Virus record (IMG/VR): IMGVR_UViG_2974703250_000001
Location: 1 to 64,000 of that record
Reading direction: 5' to 3' (one strand)
Length of the DNA: 64,000 nt
Source: a virus
Taxonomy: Duplodnaviria > Caudoviricetes
Under the pieces are notes generated by a model that did no database searches, was not told where the DNA came from, and saw only the letters and a list, made by a program, of their open reading frames with translations. The position numbers were made by a program, and so were the translations under genes. Within the stretch, counting starts at the first letter, position 1. Each line of letters begins with the position of its first letter. This document shows, piece by piece, positions 1 through 10,158 of the stretch.

Positions 1-121
1 AGCGTCACCTCTCTCTCCGGAAAATTAGAGCCTTACTAAGGGGTATTACCGGACTTATTACCGCAGATCAGCGGGTCTGCGACGGAAATTTTACGGTCAC
101 GATGCGAAATCGTGGGAAGGG

Positions 122-517
122 GTGACTATGCCGCCACGTAAACGGGAGTTGGTGAAGAATCCGGTTCCACCTGGCCTTTCTCTGGCCGGTATCGACCTGT
201 GGATCAACGTTTCAGGCGAAAGGGAACTTGACGCTGCTTCACGGGTGCTTCTACTCAATGCTTGCCGGATCGCGGACAGGCTGGATCAGCTCGATAAAGA
301 GATTGATGGTCGGCTGCTTTCGTACAACCAGCGGGGCGACGAGGTTATCAACCCGCTCATCTCTGAGCATCGGCAGCAGTACACGGTTCTAGCCAACATT
401 CTTTCAAAGATGGGCCTTGGCGAGCTGCCGAAGCCGAAGCAGGGCGAGTCCAAGTGGGATGAGCTTGCAAAGAAGCGTGCGGAGCGGGCCGCTAAGGCTG
501 CCGGGAAGGCGAGCTAG
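122..517 (+). CDS. Terminase small subunit (probable)
   Basis: First gene upstream of TerL; 131 aa; INPLISEHRQQ helix typical of actinophage P27-like small subunits. Confidence 0.65.
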   Translation: MTMPPRKRELVKNPVPPGLSLAGIDLWINVSGERELDAASRVLLLNACRIADRLDQLDKEIDGRLLSYNQRGDEVINPLISEHRQQYTVLANILSKMGLGELPKPKQGESKWDELAKKRAERAAKAAGKAS

Positions 518-703
518 ATGTGCCCGATTGTTCTGCCGGATCGTGACGCTGAGTGGCGTACCGCCATTGACGAGTGCATAGCGATGTATGGCGAAGGAAA
601 TTTCTGCGCTCTCGATGTGCAGAAGTGGATTGACACAAAGGCCCGGATCGCTGAACAGATTGAGCGGTGGGCGGGTGTCTTGGAATACCTAAAGGACCGG
701 TGA
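518..703 (+). CDS. Hypothetical protein
   Basis: 61 aa ORF abutting the previous stop codon. Confidence 0.5.
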   Translation: MCPIVLPDRDAEWRTAIDECIAMYGEGNFCALDVQKWIDTKARIAEQIERWAGVLEYLKDR

Positions 704-802
704 GCTTATGCGCGCGCTAGTCGTGAGTTTATGGCTGTGGTTTACAGCTCCGTTTGAGCCTGTGTGGAAGCGCGGCGCTGATTGGAGCATTGATTGCCCG
801 GA

Positions 803-958
803 ATGATGTTCAAGCCGGGTGGCTGGTACTCGTGCGGGTGCTGCCATTCGGCGCAGAACCGCCATGAAGGCCGGGCTTTCGAGAAGCGCGAATGGCGTAA
901 AGAGCTTCCCGACGAGATTGCTTATTGGACCGAGCGAGAGGACTCCGGTGATGTTTAG
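803..958 (+). CDS. Small Cys-containing hypothetical protein (not in ORF track)
   Basis: ATG803..TAG958, 51 aa MMFKPGGWYSCGCCH...; overlaps the TerL GTG by 1 nt; a 32-aa ORF at 708..806 precedes it with ATGA overlap. Confidence 0.4.
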   Translation: MMFKPGGWYSCGCCHSAQNRHEGRAFEKREWRKELPDEIAYWTEREDSGDV

Positions 959-2520
959 TGGCAATGACCGCCGTCCTAACGGACGAAGAGGTTGACCAGG
1001 CTCGACTAGAGGCGCGTGTTTTCGCCGATGTAGCCGACCCTAAGGAAAAGTGGCCGGAGCTTATCGGCAGTCAAAAGCCTCGACTAAGTAACTACCCGAC
1101 GTTCTTTACGTCGATGGCCGATGACGGCGTTGATTTCGTCGAAACGTTCGGTTACAACCTTCTGCCCTGGCAAGAGGCTTTGTTCAGGCACTCGCTCGGT
1201 CAAACGGACATGGGCCTATGGTCTGCCCGCCGGGTGGGCCTGATCGTGGTGAGGCAGCAAGGCAAGACCGAGCTGCTTGAGGCGCGGGAATTGTTCGGCC
1301 TGTTCGAGCTGAACGAGAAGATTTTCCACACGGCGCAGCAGGCTAAGACGGCAACCCTGTCTTGGCAGACGCTCCGTAACAAGATTGAGAACTACCCGGA
1401 CCTGGCCGAGCTGTGTATGCGGCCTAAGAACGGTGGCGAGGAAACGTCAATCCGTCTCCGGGCCGGTCGGGGTTACCTCGACGGCGAGCGATTCGTTCGT
1501 TACATCGCACGGTCTCCTGACTCCGGTCGTGGCTTCCGTGACATTGACCTAGTTGTCTGCGACGAGGCTTACGCCCTGTCTAATGCGGAGTGGGGCTCGT
1601 TGGGTCCGACGCAGCGTGCTAACCGCAATCCGCAGACGTGGTTTACCAGTTCGGCGGGCACCGAAGACTCCGAGATGCTGACGAAGATTCGTGACGTTGG
1701 TATCGCTAAGGCTGACCCAAACCTGCTCTTTGCAGAGTGGTCGCTAGCTGAGGGTGCCGACCCTACTAACCGCGAGCTGTGGCCTATTGCTCAGGCGTCG
1801 TTGGGCGCTCCGTTCTGTACGGTGCGCAACCTTGAGGCCGAGTTCATGGGAATGGACTTTGTTGAGTTCGCCCGCGAGCACATGGGCATGTGGGATGACC
1901 CCCGCGTTAACTCCGTTATCCCGATGGATAAGTGGGAAGACTGCAAAATCGAGGACTTGCCGAATGGTGAACAGCCTTCAGTGGAGGTCGAGTGGACTGT
2001 TGCTTGTGTCGACGTGGCACCGGATCGCGCTTGGGCTTCTATTGCTCTAGCGGGTAAGCGTCCGGATGGCCGGTCTCATGTGGAAGTCCTGTGGGCCGAT
2101 GAGGGCACGAGCTGGATTATCCCGAAGATGCAGCAGTTGATCAGTTCGAGGATGCCTCCTAGGGCTGTCGCTTTGCAGGCTGGTGCGCAAGCTGGCGCGT
2201 TTTACGCCGAGCTTGAACAGATTGGCTACAAGGTCCACATGCTGACGCCTCAAGAGGTTGCAGCGGCCACGGCGAAGTTCCATGACGACATTGTTAGCGA
2301 GAAGCTGACCCACCTTGACGACGACACCCTTGTTAAGGGTTTGTCCGGGGCTACCAAGTACCCAATCGGAAAGGTCGAGCATGGCGGCTGGGGATGGCTT
2401 CGTAAAGGTACGAGCGTCGATATTACTGGCATTGTCGCGTGCTCTTACGCGAACCGAATTTTGACTTTGGAATCGGCTGAGGAAACTTTGACGAAGAAGA
2501 AGCGGTACAGGATGGTTTAA
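958..2520 (+). CDS. Terminase large subunit
   Basis: Walker A-like VVRQQGKT, Walker B VVCDEA, TSSAG coupling motif, C-terminal nuclease with VDVAPD and DIT. Confidence 0.92.
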   Translation: MAMTAVLTDEEVDQARLEARVFADVADPKEKWPELIGSQKPRLSNYPTFFTSMADDGVDFVETFGYNLLPWQEALFRHSLGQTDMGLWSARRVGLIVVRQQGKTELLEARELFGLFELNEKIFHTAQQAKTATLSWQTLRNKIENYPDLAELCMRPKNGGEETSIRLRAGRGYLDGERFVRYIARSPDSGRGFRDIDLVVCDEAYALSNAEWGSLGPTQRANRNPQTWFTSSAGTEDSEMLTKIRDVGIAKADPNLLFAEWSLAEGADPTNRELWPIAQASLGAPFCTVRNLEAEFMGMDFVEFAREHMGMWDDPRVNSVIPMDKWEDCKIEDLPNGEQPSVEVEWTVACVDVAPDRAWASIALAGKRPDGRSHVEVLWADEGTSWIIPKMQQLISSRMPPRAVALQAGAQAGAFYAELEQIGYKVHMLTPQEVAAATAKFHDDIVSEKLTHLDDDTLVKGLSGATKYPIGKVEHGGWGWLRKGTSVDITGIVACSYANRILTLESAEETLTKKKRYRMV

Positions 2521-4158
2521 ATGATCGAACTTCCCGACGCTATCTCTGATGGCGACGTTAAGAAGCTCGTTGAGAATGAGTTCTGGCCGGAGTTTGTGCG
2601 TAGGCGCGAGAAGCTGGACAGGATTGCGCAGTGGGCGCGGGGCGAGCAGCCTGATTACCTGATTCAGAACGCTAACCGCGAGAAGCGGGCACTTCTTAAG
2701 CTTGCTAAGACTCCCTGGCTGGGGCTGGTGGTTACTCACTTCACTCAGGCGCTCTTTGTGGATGGCTACCGGGCGGAAGGCTCTAAGGAAAACACCAAGG
2801 GGCCTTGGCAGACGTGGAATGCGAATAACATGCAGTCCCGGCAGATTGCCATTCACCGCGCGGCGCTGACCTACGGCTATTCGTATGCGCGGGTGTTGCC
2901 TGGTGAGGCGCTGGACGGCGCTAATCAGGCCGAGATTCGCGGTGTGTCTCCGCGTCGGCTGCTGGCTCTCTATGAAGACCAGATCAACGACGAGTATCCG
3001 AAGTATGCGCTAGAGCTTGCTAACAACGGTAAGACGGTGCGCCTGTACACGGATGAACACTATTACGAGCTTAAGATGCCGTCTCCGGGTAACTTCCCGA
3101 ACGAGCAGGTGATTAAGAAGGTTTACCACGGCGTGGGTGTGTGCCCATTCGTCCGGTACGTGAACATGATGGACCTAGACGGCTTCACTATGGGTGAGGT
3201 CGAGTATCTGGTTCCTGTCGCGTCGAAGATCGACAAGACGGATTACGACCGGCTGTTGGCGCAGCATTACAACTCGTGGAAGGTCAAGGTCGCTACTGGC
3301 ATTGATGACCTGTCTGAGGACGCTACGCCGGAGGAACAAGCCCGCGCGAAGCTGATCTTGGCGCAGGACGACATTCTGATGCACGGCAACCATGAGGCGA
3401 AGTTCTACACGCTGCCGGAGACGAGTCTTGATGGCTTTATCGCGGCGCACACGCAGGACGTTGAAATCCTCGCCAACAACGCTCAGGTGCCGGTGTGGAT
3501 TCTTAATGGGCAGCTTGCCAATCTTTCGGCAGACGCGCTTACAGCGGCTACTAAGGGCACGATTCAGAAGCTCTATGAGCGTCAGGTGACGTTTGGGGCG
3601 GCTCACAATCAGGTGCTCCGGCTGGCCGCGCATGTCGAGGGTGACAAAGAGGGCGCGCGTGACTTCACGGCGTCGGTGTCGTGGCAGGACACGTCGGTTC
3701 GCTCGTTGGCTCAGGCTGTCGATGCGTACGGCAAGGCCGCGACGATGTTGGGGATGCCCAAGGAGTTCCTGTGGGGTCTGATTCCGGGCATTACGAAGAC
3801 GGACGTTGAGGCGATGCGTCAGCACTTCAACGACGACGACGAGATGACTCAGATGCTCTTGTGGTGGACGCCTAACGGTCCTGGTGGCGAGTTCGCGGCT
3901 GAGATTGAGGTCGATTCGCAGAAGCAGGTCATTGAGGCCCAGGGCGACGTGCAGAAGGACTTGCAGGACGCCCAGGCGAAGGCCCAGGCCGACCTAGCGA
4001 AGCAGAACGCAGCGGCGCAGCAGAGGCAGGCGGTCGCGGTGGCTAAGGCCACCCCGGCTGCGGCCAAGGCTCCGTCGACGAGCAAGGCCGCGTCTAAGCG
4101 GACGCCTAAGAAGCAGGGCGGTGTCTCTGGCAACGACCCGGCGAGTAGGGCGGCATAA
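2521..4158 (+). CDS. Portal protein (SPP1 gp6-like)
   Basis: Position after TerL; 545 aa; actinophage portal-like sequence with low-complexity C-terminal tail. Confidence 0.88.
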   Translation: MIELPDAISDGDVKKLVENEFWPEFVRRREKLDRIAQWARGEQPDYLIQNANREKRALLKLAKTPWLGLVVTHFTQALFVDGYRAEGSKENTKGPWQTWNANNMQSRQIAIHRAALTYGYSYARVLPGEALDGANQAEIRGVSPRRLLALYEDQINDEYPKYALELANNGKTVRLYTDEHYYELKMPSPGNFPNEQVIKKVYHGVGVCPFVRYVNMMDLDGFTMGEVEYLVPVASKIDKTDYDRLLAQHYNSWKVKVATGIDDLSEDATPEEQARAKLILAQDDILMHGNHEAKFYTLPETSLDGFIAAHTQDVEILANNAQVPVWILNGQLANLSADALTAATKGTIQKLYERQVTFGAAHNQVLRLAAHVEGDKEGARDFTASVSWQDTSVRSLAQAVDAYGKAATMLGMPKEFLWGLIPGITKTDVEAMRQHFNDDDEMTQMLLWWTPNGPGGEFAAEIEVDSQKQVIEAQGDVQKDLQDAQAKAQADLAKQNAAAQQRQAVAVAKATPAAAKAPSTSKAASKRTPKKQGGVSGNDPASRAA

Positions 4159-4169
4159 CTGAATAAGGG

Positions 4170-5231
4170 GTGATAGTGGCTGAGGACGACCAGAAGGATA
4201 GGGACGACAAGGCCACTCTCCCGCTAATCGCGGTTCCGGCTCTGGCTGCTTGGTATGCGACTCAGCATGTCGAGCAGCTAGAGCGGATCGCGGATTCAAC
4301 CACGGTGGGCTTAAGTCTGCTGTGGCCGATCATTAACTTTGGCGATCTGGACGGGTCAACCCCGGCCTGGCTGCACGCCACCACGCTACAGATTGAACGA
4401 GGCTGGAATGAGTCAGCCGACGCGGCGTTTGAGTACGTGCAGCAGGCTTTGTTTGCGAATGAGCCAGACGCTACGCCTCCTAAGAAGGCGGAAGTAACGT
4501 TCCCGGCGCAGGAAATCCAAACTGCGATGCGGGTTCGCGGACCGGTTGAGGTTAAGCGGCAAGTTGCGCGCGCTGTGCCTGAATCGGAAGCGATGGAAGC
4601 CGGTAATGCGGCCTCACAGGGTGTGGGTGCCACAAAGGCGACTGACGGCGGTCGCGCAGAGGTCTTGGAGTTCGTACGCCGCGAGGCACCTAAGCGTTTG
4701 AAGCAGGGTAAGCCCATCGGGTACGCGCGTAAGACCGACAATAATCCGTGCTACTTCTGCGCCATTTTGGCGTCACAAGGTGCGGTGTTCTACAAAGAGG
4801 ACGCTTTTGCCGTCTCGAACAGCAAGATTCGAGAGGTTAAGTGGTCCAGCAATAGAGACAAGGGCACGAGGCGCGCGTTCATCGGTGACGGCCCGGCCAA
4901 GGTGCATGACCATTGTAAATGCACCATGCGACCGGTTTTCAGTGAAAAAGACAAATGGGATGAGCGCGCTAAGTATTTCCTTGAACAGTGGAAACAGCAC
5001 GGTCACGGCGTTTCTGTTGACGGCAAGTTTAGGACTGCCGAGCAGAACTTTCGTCGTAACTATGTGCCGCCCCCACCTTACAGCGCAGATGTGCTGGATT
5101 TAAGCGAGCGCCGGAAGATTGTTGCCGACGTTCAGAAAAACCGTGAGCGGTTGCTTGCTCGCGGGTTTGAGGCGGATTCGCCAAACGTCAAGTTTATTGA
5201 CGACTCAATTAGAAAACTAAGCATCGCTTAG
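4170..5231 (+). CDS. MuF-like minor capsid protein (often annotated capsid maturation protease)
   Basis: Between portal and scaffold; YARK..CYFCAILAS..HDHCKC motifs. Confidence 0.65.
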   Translation: MIVAEDDQKDRDDKATLPLIAVPALAAWYATQHVEQLERIADSTTVGLSLLWPIINFGDLDGSTPAWLHATTLQIERGWNESADAAFEYVQQALFANEPDATPPKKAEVTFPAQEIQTAMRVRGPVEVKRQVARAVPESEAMEAGNAASQGVGATKATDGGRAEVLEFVRREAPKRLKQGKPIGYARKTDNNPCYFCAILASQGAVFYKEDAFAVSNSKIREVKWSSNRDKGTRRAFIGDGPAKVHDHCKCTMRPVFSEKDKWDERAKYFLEQWKQHGHGVSVDGKFRTAEQNFRRNYVPPPPYSADVLDLSERRKIVADVQKNRERLLARGFEADSPNVKFIDDSIRKLSIA

Positions 5232-5281
5232 GACGCGGGACAGTCACGCGTTTTTATTGACTGGTTTTAGAAGGATTTTCT

Positions 5282-5893
5282 ATGTCTGAAATTGATACCA
5301 ACGATATCGACGACCCTACCGACAACGAAGGTACGGGTGGTGAGCCGAAGGTTACGGAGACGACCTTTAAGGCTATTACCTCGCAAGAGGACTTCGATAA
5401 GGCCGTTGCGCGCCGGGTTGCGCGTGAACGCAAGAAGTACGAGGGCTTTGACGACTTCAAGGCCAAGGCTGAGCAGTTCGACAAGCTGGACGCCGAGAGG
5501 GGTACCGAGCTTGAGAAGGCCATCCGGCGTGCCGAGAAGGCAGAGCAGGAACTTACGGGTCTAAAGGACAAGCTGACCAAGGCTGAACGTAATGAGCTAG
5601 TCCGGGATATCGCGGACGAAATGGGTCTGCCTAAGAAGCTCGCTAAGCGAGTTCAGGGCGATTCCGAGGAAGATATTCGCGCTGACATTGAAGACCTTCT
5701 AGAGGGTCTGCCTAAGACTGAGAAGACCATCGAGGCTAAGGAAGATAAGGACAAGGACGGCAAGAAGCCGCCTTCGCAGGCTCCTAAGCAGCGTATGACT
5801 TTCACGGCTACGGGCGATGAGTCGGATTCGGGGCTGGAAATGAGCGCCGACGACATTCTGAAAGACCTTCCGCGTGGCGGTGGTGTGGGCTAG
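5282..5893 (+). CDS. Scaffolding protein
   Basis: Acidic coiled-coil protein (SQEDFDKAVARRVARER..Y..FDDFKAKA) immediately upstream of the capsid gene. Confidence 0.8.
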   Translation: MSEIDTNDIDDPTDNEGTGGEPKVTETTFKAITSQEDFDKAVARRVARERKKYEGFDDFKAKAEQFDKLDAERGTELEKAIRRAEKAEQELTGLKDKLTKAERNELVRDIADEMGLPKKLAKRVQGDSEEDIRADIEDLLEGLPKTEKTIEAKEDKDKDGKKPPSQAPKQRMTFTATGDESDSGLEMSADDILKDLPRGGGVG

Positions 5894-5950
5894 GCCCGCA
5901 TTCCCCGCTTTCTAACAATCGAATAATAACTAAATAGGGAGAGACTATAT

Positions 5951-7108
5951 ATGGCTACTCCAGCTCATATTTTTGTCAAGCCGGAACTCGTCGCCGAGAT
6001 TGGCGTTAAGCAGCTACAGCGCGAAATCGTGCTTCCGGGTCTTGTGTGGACCAACCCGCTAACCAACTTCGGTGGTTCTAAGAACGACACGATTACGGTT
6101 CGTGTGCCAGCTATCACCACGGCTAACCGGCGTGATCTGCGTGACGACGACCGTACGGTGGTCGCGTCTGAGCTGATCGAGCACTCATTCGGCGTGACGC
6201 TTGATAAGCACATTTACCAGGCGCTCAAGTTCACGGATGAACAGCGCACGTTGGATATCCGGGACTACACGCAGCAGGTTCTTATGCCTCAGGTTTCCGC
6301 CGTGGCTTACGAGCTTGAGGATTACATTGCAGAGCTGATCGAGGGTGCTCCTTACGAGGAAACCATTCTGATTGACCCTGCCGATACGGTGCCTGCATTT
6401 ATCACGGCTGATCAGCGTATGGGCGAGGCCAACGTGCCTACCGACTCGCGGACTCTGGTTGTGGGTTCTGCTGTCGCCGCTTCGCTGGCTAAGGATAAGC
6501 AGTTCCGGCATGCCGATTGGTCCGGTGATCAGGCGAACTCGGCTCTGCGTGAGGCTCATGTTGGGCGTCTGGCTGGTATGAACGTGATCCGTTCTAACGC
6601 CATTGCGCCGGATAAGGCTTATCTGTGGCACCGTACGGCGTTCATCCTGGCTTACCGGACCCCGGTTGTGCCTGAGGGTGCTAAGGCTGGTGCTTCGTTC
6701 TCGGCTAACGGCATCGCTCTGCGTTGGCTGGCCGACTACGACTACAGCCAGCTTGGCGACCGGACCCTGCTTGACGTATTCACGGGCCGCAAGGTTGTGA
6801 CCGAGGTCGACGGTTCGTTCGTCCGCGCGGTTGAGCTACAGCTCACGGCTTCGTCTATCACGATTGTGGGTGGGGCTTTCGCTCTGGCTACGACGACCGG
6901 GACGCGGAAGATCAAGGTCCGCGACGACAACGGTACGGACGTGACGGCTCGCTGCACGTTCGCATCGAGCGCTACGACCAAGGCCACGGTTTCTGCCGCT
7001 GGCGTTGTGACGGGTGTCGCGGCTGGTACGGCTGACATCACGGCCTCTTACGTGCCGCCTCAGGGTGGGACCGCTAAGACGGCCACGGTGACGGTCACCG
7101 TTCCGTAA
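5951..7108 (+). CDS. Major capsid protein with C-terminal Ig-like (Big_2) domain
   Basis: Position, strong RBS; C-terminus SSATTKATVSAAGVVTGVAAGTADIT..TVTVTVP is an Ig-like signature. Confidence 0.9.
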   Translation: MATPAHIFVKPELVAEIGVKQLQREIVLPGLVWTNPLTNFGGSKNDTITVRVPAITTANRRDLRDDDRTVVASELIEHSFGVTLDKHIYQALKFTDEQRTLDIRDYTQQVLMPQVSAVAYELEDYIAELIEGAPYEETILIDPADTVPAFITADQRMGEANVPTDSRTLVVGSAVAASLAKDKQFRHADWSGDQANSALREAHVGRLAGMNVIRSNAIAPDKAYLWHRTAFILAYRTPVVPEGAKAGASFSANGIALRWLADYDYSQLGDRTLLDVFTGRKVVTEVDGSFVRAVELQLTASSITIVGGAFALATTTGTRKIKVRDDNGTDVTARCTFASSATTKATVSAAGVVTGVAAGTADITASYVPPQGGTAKTATVTVTVP

Positions 7109-7120
7109 GCGGGGCTCCAC

Positions 7121-7585
7121 ATGGCGGGTCTAGCGACTATCGACGAGCTACAGACCCTCATGTCGACGACGTTTGAGGACGATGCTCTAGAGCAGGCCCA
7201 GCTTGTTCTAGACATCGTTTCCAGTTGGGCGCGGGTGCTGTCGGGTCAGATGTGGCCCGACGCTCCGGCCAACGTTCCTGACGACGTGCGGGCTGTGGTG
7301 TTGCAGGCGTCCCGCCGGGAGCTTAAGAACCCTGACCGCGTTATCTCGCGGCAGATGGGTCCGTTCAACGTCCAGTATTCCCAGCCACCGGACGGGTTCT
7401 TTTACCCGGCTGAGCTGGCGATCCTCAAGCGTTTTAAGCGCAGTGGGGGACTGATGACGGTGAGCACTTCTCGCGGCGAAGAAGGACGGCCTTGGGCCGG
7501 TAAGACGGCCTATATCCGCTACGGAGACGGTTTGTTCCCGTTCTGTAGCGAGGATGAGGGATACGGAGACGTGGTGCCCTGGTGA
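7121..7585 (+). CDS. Head-to-tail adaptor
   Basis: LATIDEL..AQLVLDIVSSWAR..NPD..RQMGPF pattern; follows the capsid gene. Confidence 0.75.
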   Translation: MAGLATIDELQTLMSTTFEDDALEQAQLVLDIVSSWARVLSGQMWPDAPANVPDDVRAVVLQASRRELKNPDRVISRQMGPFNVQYSQPPDGFFYPAELAILKRFKRSGGLMTVSTSRGEEGRPWAGKTAYIRYGDGLFPFCSEDEGYGDVVPW

Positions 7586-7920
7586 ACGACGAGACTTTAA
7601 CCGTCTACCGGGGCGCTACCGATAACCGAGGTAACCCGAATAAAACGGTCCACGGCACCATTAAGGGCGTTTTCGCCTGGGGGCCGGGGACGAGCACTAA
7701 CAAGTTTGGACGCGACCGCAATTTCAAGGGCGAGAGTTCGAGCCTGACTGCGGAGCTGTACGTGAAGCGGGGCGCGGACCTTAAGGCTAGGGACCGTATC
7801 GAGCGGGCCAACGGTGAGCAGTATTCCGTTGTTGGTCACGCCTCGTGGGACCAGGGCCACCCTTTCGACGGGTTCGACTTCGGGTACATGGTGTTTCAGG
7901 TGGAGGCGGTGAACGCGTAA
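7582..7920 (+). CDS. Head-to-tail stopper
   Basis: Synteny; DL..RDRIERANGEQYSVVG beta-rich pattern. Confidence 0.65.
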   Translation: MNDETLTVYRGATDNRGNPNKTVHGTIKGVFAWGPGTSTNKFGRDRNFKGESSSLTAELYVKRGADLKARDRIERANGEQYSVVGHASWDQGHPFDGFDFGYMVFQVEAVNA

Positions 7921-8339
7921 TGCCCGCTGCGGGTCAAAAGATCGGGCACCGGCTCACTGACATTCAGGTTCCTAAGCCAAACAAAGGCTTAGCTGAGCTG
8001 CTTCTAAGTGACAACATGGAATTGCTCATGGGCATTATCGGCCAAGAGGTTGTGCTTAGGTATCGGGCTAAGGTCGCTAAGCGGTCCGGAAAGCTGATGC
8101 AAACGGCTGATTCTAAGCCGATTATTGGCGGCAAGAAGCATGACCGCTGGGTTGCTCATGTGACGGTCGGCGGCGAGGGCGCGGTGTCCTTTTGGGACAG
8201 TCCGCGTAACCCTAATCCGGGCGATCTGTTCTATTACGGTGTGCTCCATGAGTTCGGTGACGGTGGCAATCCGCCTTCGGGTTGGGATTTCCCTGCTGCT
8301 AAGGACTTGGCTGCCGTAATGGGCGAGCTATTCAATTAA
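7920..8339 (+). CDS. Neck/tail completion protein (HK97 gp10-like position)
   Basis: In-frame ATG at 7920 overlapping the previous TAA; YYGVLHEFG motif. Confidence 0.55.
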   Translation: MPAAGQKIGHRLTDIQVPKPNKGLAELLLSDNMELLMGIIGQEVVLRYRAKVAKRSGKLMQTADSKPIIGGKKHDRWVAHVTVGGEGAVSFWDSPRNPNPGDLFYYGVLHEFGDGGNPPSGWDFPAAKDLAAVMGELFN

Positions 8340-8350
8340 GGGGGCTTCAT

Positions 8351-8854
8351 ATGACGGTAGTTCTCCCTGATTGGTACGAAGAGGCGTTCGTAAATGTTGA
8401 GAACCTGTTCATTGACATTTTCACGGACCTTCTACCTGATTATGAGTCTGGCTGCTGGGCACCTGACGATTGGTTGGCTGACGAGATTGAGGTTAAGCCG
8501 ACGATCTGGTTTTTCCGGCTGCCGGGCGGGCGTGTGGACTGGGATGGCCGGAAGGACGAGTGCCAGCTACAGGTCATGGTGGTCACGGGTAGCCGTGACG
8601 ATTCATGGCGGCTTATGGATTTTGTACGCGCAATGCTGCTGCCAATGCAGGGTGACAAGTACAAAATGGCGGACGGTTACACCGCGCAAATTCGTTGCGC
8701 TGGGGAAGTGGCCGGGCCGCAATTGCTGACCCCTGGGCAGCGTATTGATACGCGAGTGGTTACGGCCACTTTCAAGGTTTCCGTATCAATGAAATCCGCT
8801 AAGAACTACAAGCAAAAGCTGTATGAGCTTTGGCAGGCGCTTCGCGGTTCTTAG
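8351..8854 (+). CDS. Tail terminator protein
   Basis: Directly upstream of the major tail gene; RLPGGRVDW..RDDSW pattern. Confidence 0.7.
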   Translation: MTVVLPDWYEEAFVNVENLFIDIFTDLLPDYESGCWAPDDWLADEIEVKPTIWFFRLPGGRVDWDGRKDECQLQVMVVTGSRDDSWRLMDFVRAMLLPMQGDKYKMADGYTAQIRCAGEVAGPQLLTPGQRIDTRVVTATFKVSVSMKSAKNYKQKLYELWQALRGS

Positions 8855-8882
8855 TGCATAACTGAATAAGGAACAACTGAAT

Positions 8883-9785
8883 ATGACGGATTTTTACACG
8901 ATTAAGGACGCGCAGGCTGATCTAGCTATTGCGCCTCTGAACCTTACCGTGCTTCTGGCTCCGTACAGCACGACTCCGGCTCTGACGCTTGAGTCACCTA
9001 CTGACGGGTCGCTGTCGATTCCACCTGGCTATAAGTCGGTTGGTCATTTCGAGAAGCAGGCGGGTCTTACGCTCGGTAACGAGTTCGACTCGAAGGATAT
9101 TGAGGCGTACGGGGAGCCTGAGCCGATCCGCACGATTATCAACAAGCGGACCACCACGTTCGACTTTGCGATGTACCAGAACCAGCGCAACGTGCTTGAG
9201 CTGATCTGGACGCAGGACTTCTCGAACGTTCAGCCTTCGGAGTTCGGTGGAATCGTTCTGGAAGCGCCTAAGGTGCCGAAGAACATCTACTACCGGGCAA
9301 TTCTGGTCGGTATGGACGACCGTAACGACCGTCCTATCTGGCTGTACTGGCTGATGCCAAAGGTGAAGCTGGACAAGCTGGATAACCAGACGCTCAACGA
9401 CGACAACGTTATTGAGTACAAGCCTACTCTTAAGGCTTTCCGTGACGACACGGTTGGTTACTCGGTGGCGCAGGGCTTCGCTGGTCCGGGATGGCGCGAC
9501 ATTGTGGCTACGGCTGGCTTCGGCGAGGCGCTAACCGCTCTGTCGATTACGCCGGGTGCGCCTTCGGTCACTGTTGCTTCGGGTGCTTCGCACACGGCGC
9601 AGCTCCTAGTTGAGGGCGATAACGGTATCAACTACACGCCTGACGTGGTGTTCACGTCGAGCGCGCCGGATAAGGCGTCGGTTTCGGCGTCGGGTCTGGT
9701 GACCGGTGTTGCGGCGGGTTCCGCGACGATCACCGCTACCAAGGGTGCTTTGACGGCTACGGCCACGGTCACTGTCACCGCTTAA
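8883..9785 (+). CDS. Major tail protein with C-terminal Ig-like domain
   Basis: GYKSVGHFEKQAGLT..EAYGEPEPIRT; C-terminal SSAPDKASVSASGLVTGVAAGSATIT. Confidence 0.9.
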   Translation: MTDFYTIKDAQADLAIAPLNLTVLLAPYSTTPALTLESPTDGSLSIPPGYKSVGHFEKQAGLTLGNEFDSKDIEAYGEPEPIRTIINKRTTTFDFAMYQNQRNVLELIWTQDFSNVQPSEFGGIVLEAPKVPKNIYYRAILVGMDDRNDRPIWLYWLMPKVKLDKLDNQTLNDDNVIEYKPTLKAFRDDTVGYSVAQGFAGPGWRDIVATAGFGEALTALSITPGAPSVTVASGASHTAQLLVEGDNGINYTPDVVFTSSAPDKASVSASGLVTGVAAGSATITATKGALTATATVTVTA

Positions 9786-9802
9786 GCGGCTTTAGGGGGA
9801 AT

Positions 9803-9840
9803 GAGGGGAGCGGGATTAGTCTCGCTCCCCTCTCCCTTTC
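9803..9840 (+). terminator. Intrinsic terminator-like hairpin after the major tail gene
   Basis: GAGGGGAGCGGGA-TTAG-TCTCGCTCCCCTC stem followed by a pyrimidine run. Confidence 0.6.
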
Positions 9841-9876
9841 GTGTCACAAATTAATTCCTAAGGGGGAAATGAACTT

Positions 9877-10158
9877 ATGGGTGAAGCTGAACTTAACGAG
9901 CTGGTTGGTTCGCTGTTTAAGGATCTGATTGATTCGGTGCGCGTGCCTGAGCCTCTTGTGGTTGCGCCGGGTCTGGTGGTCCAGAACCCGACTAAGAAGA
10001 CCGCTAACGCGCTTATGAATGCGCGGTCGGAGGAAGAGGCTCAGAAGCTTATCTTCGGCGACGACTACGAGAAGGCTATGGAGCTGTTCGATCCTCAGCC
10101 TGTCCAGGTGTGGAACGCATTCATGGACAAGTACAACGAGCACTTTTTTCGGAAGTAA
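9877..10158 (+). CDS. Tail assembly chaperone (gpG-like)
   Basis: Between the major tail and tape measure genes; ends CAC TTT TTT CGG AAG TAA. Confidence 0.78.
   Translation: MGEAELNELVGSLFKDLIDSVRVPEPLVVAPGLVVQNPTKKTANALMNARSEEEAQKLIFGDDYEKAMELFDPQPVQVWNAFMDKYNEHFFRK

Noticed and set aside
44-63. TATTACCG direct repeat as a cos or terminase-binding site
   Set aside because: There are only two copies, and the genome end cannot be established from this window
689-964. 91-aa minus-strand ORF before TerL
   Set aside because: It is antisense to the late operon; two small plus-strand ORFs (708-806, 803-958) tile the gap with typical overlaps
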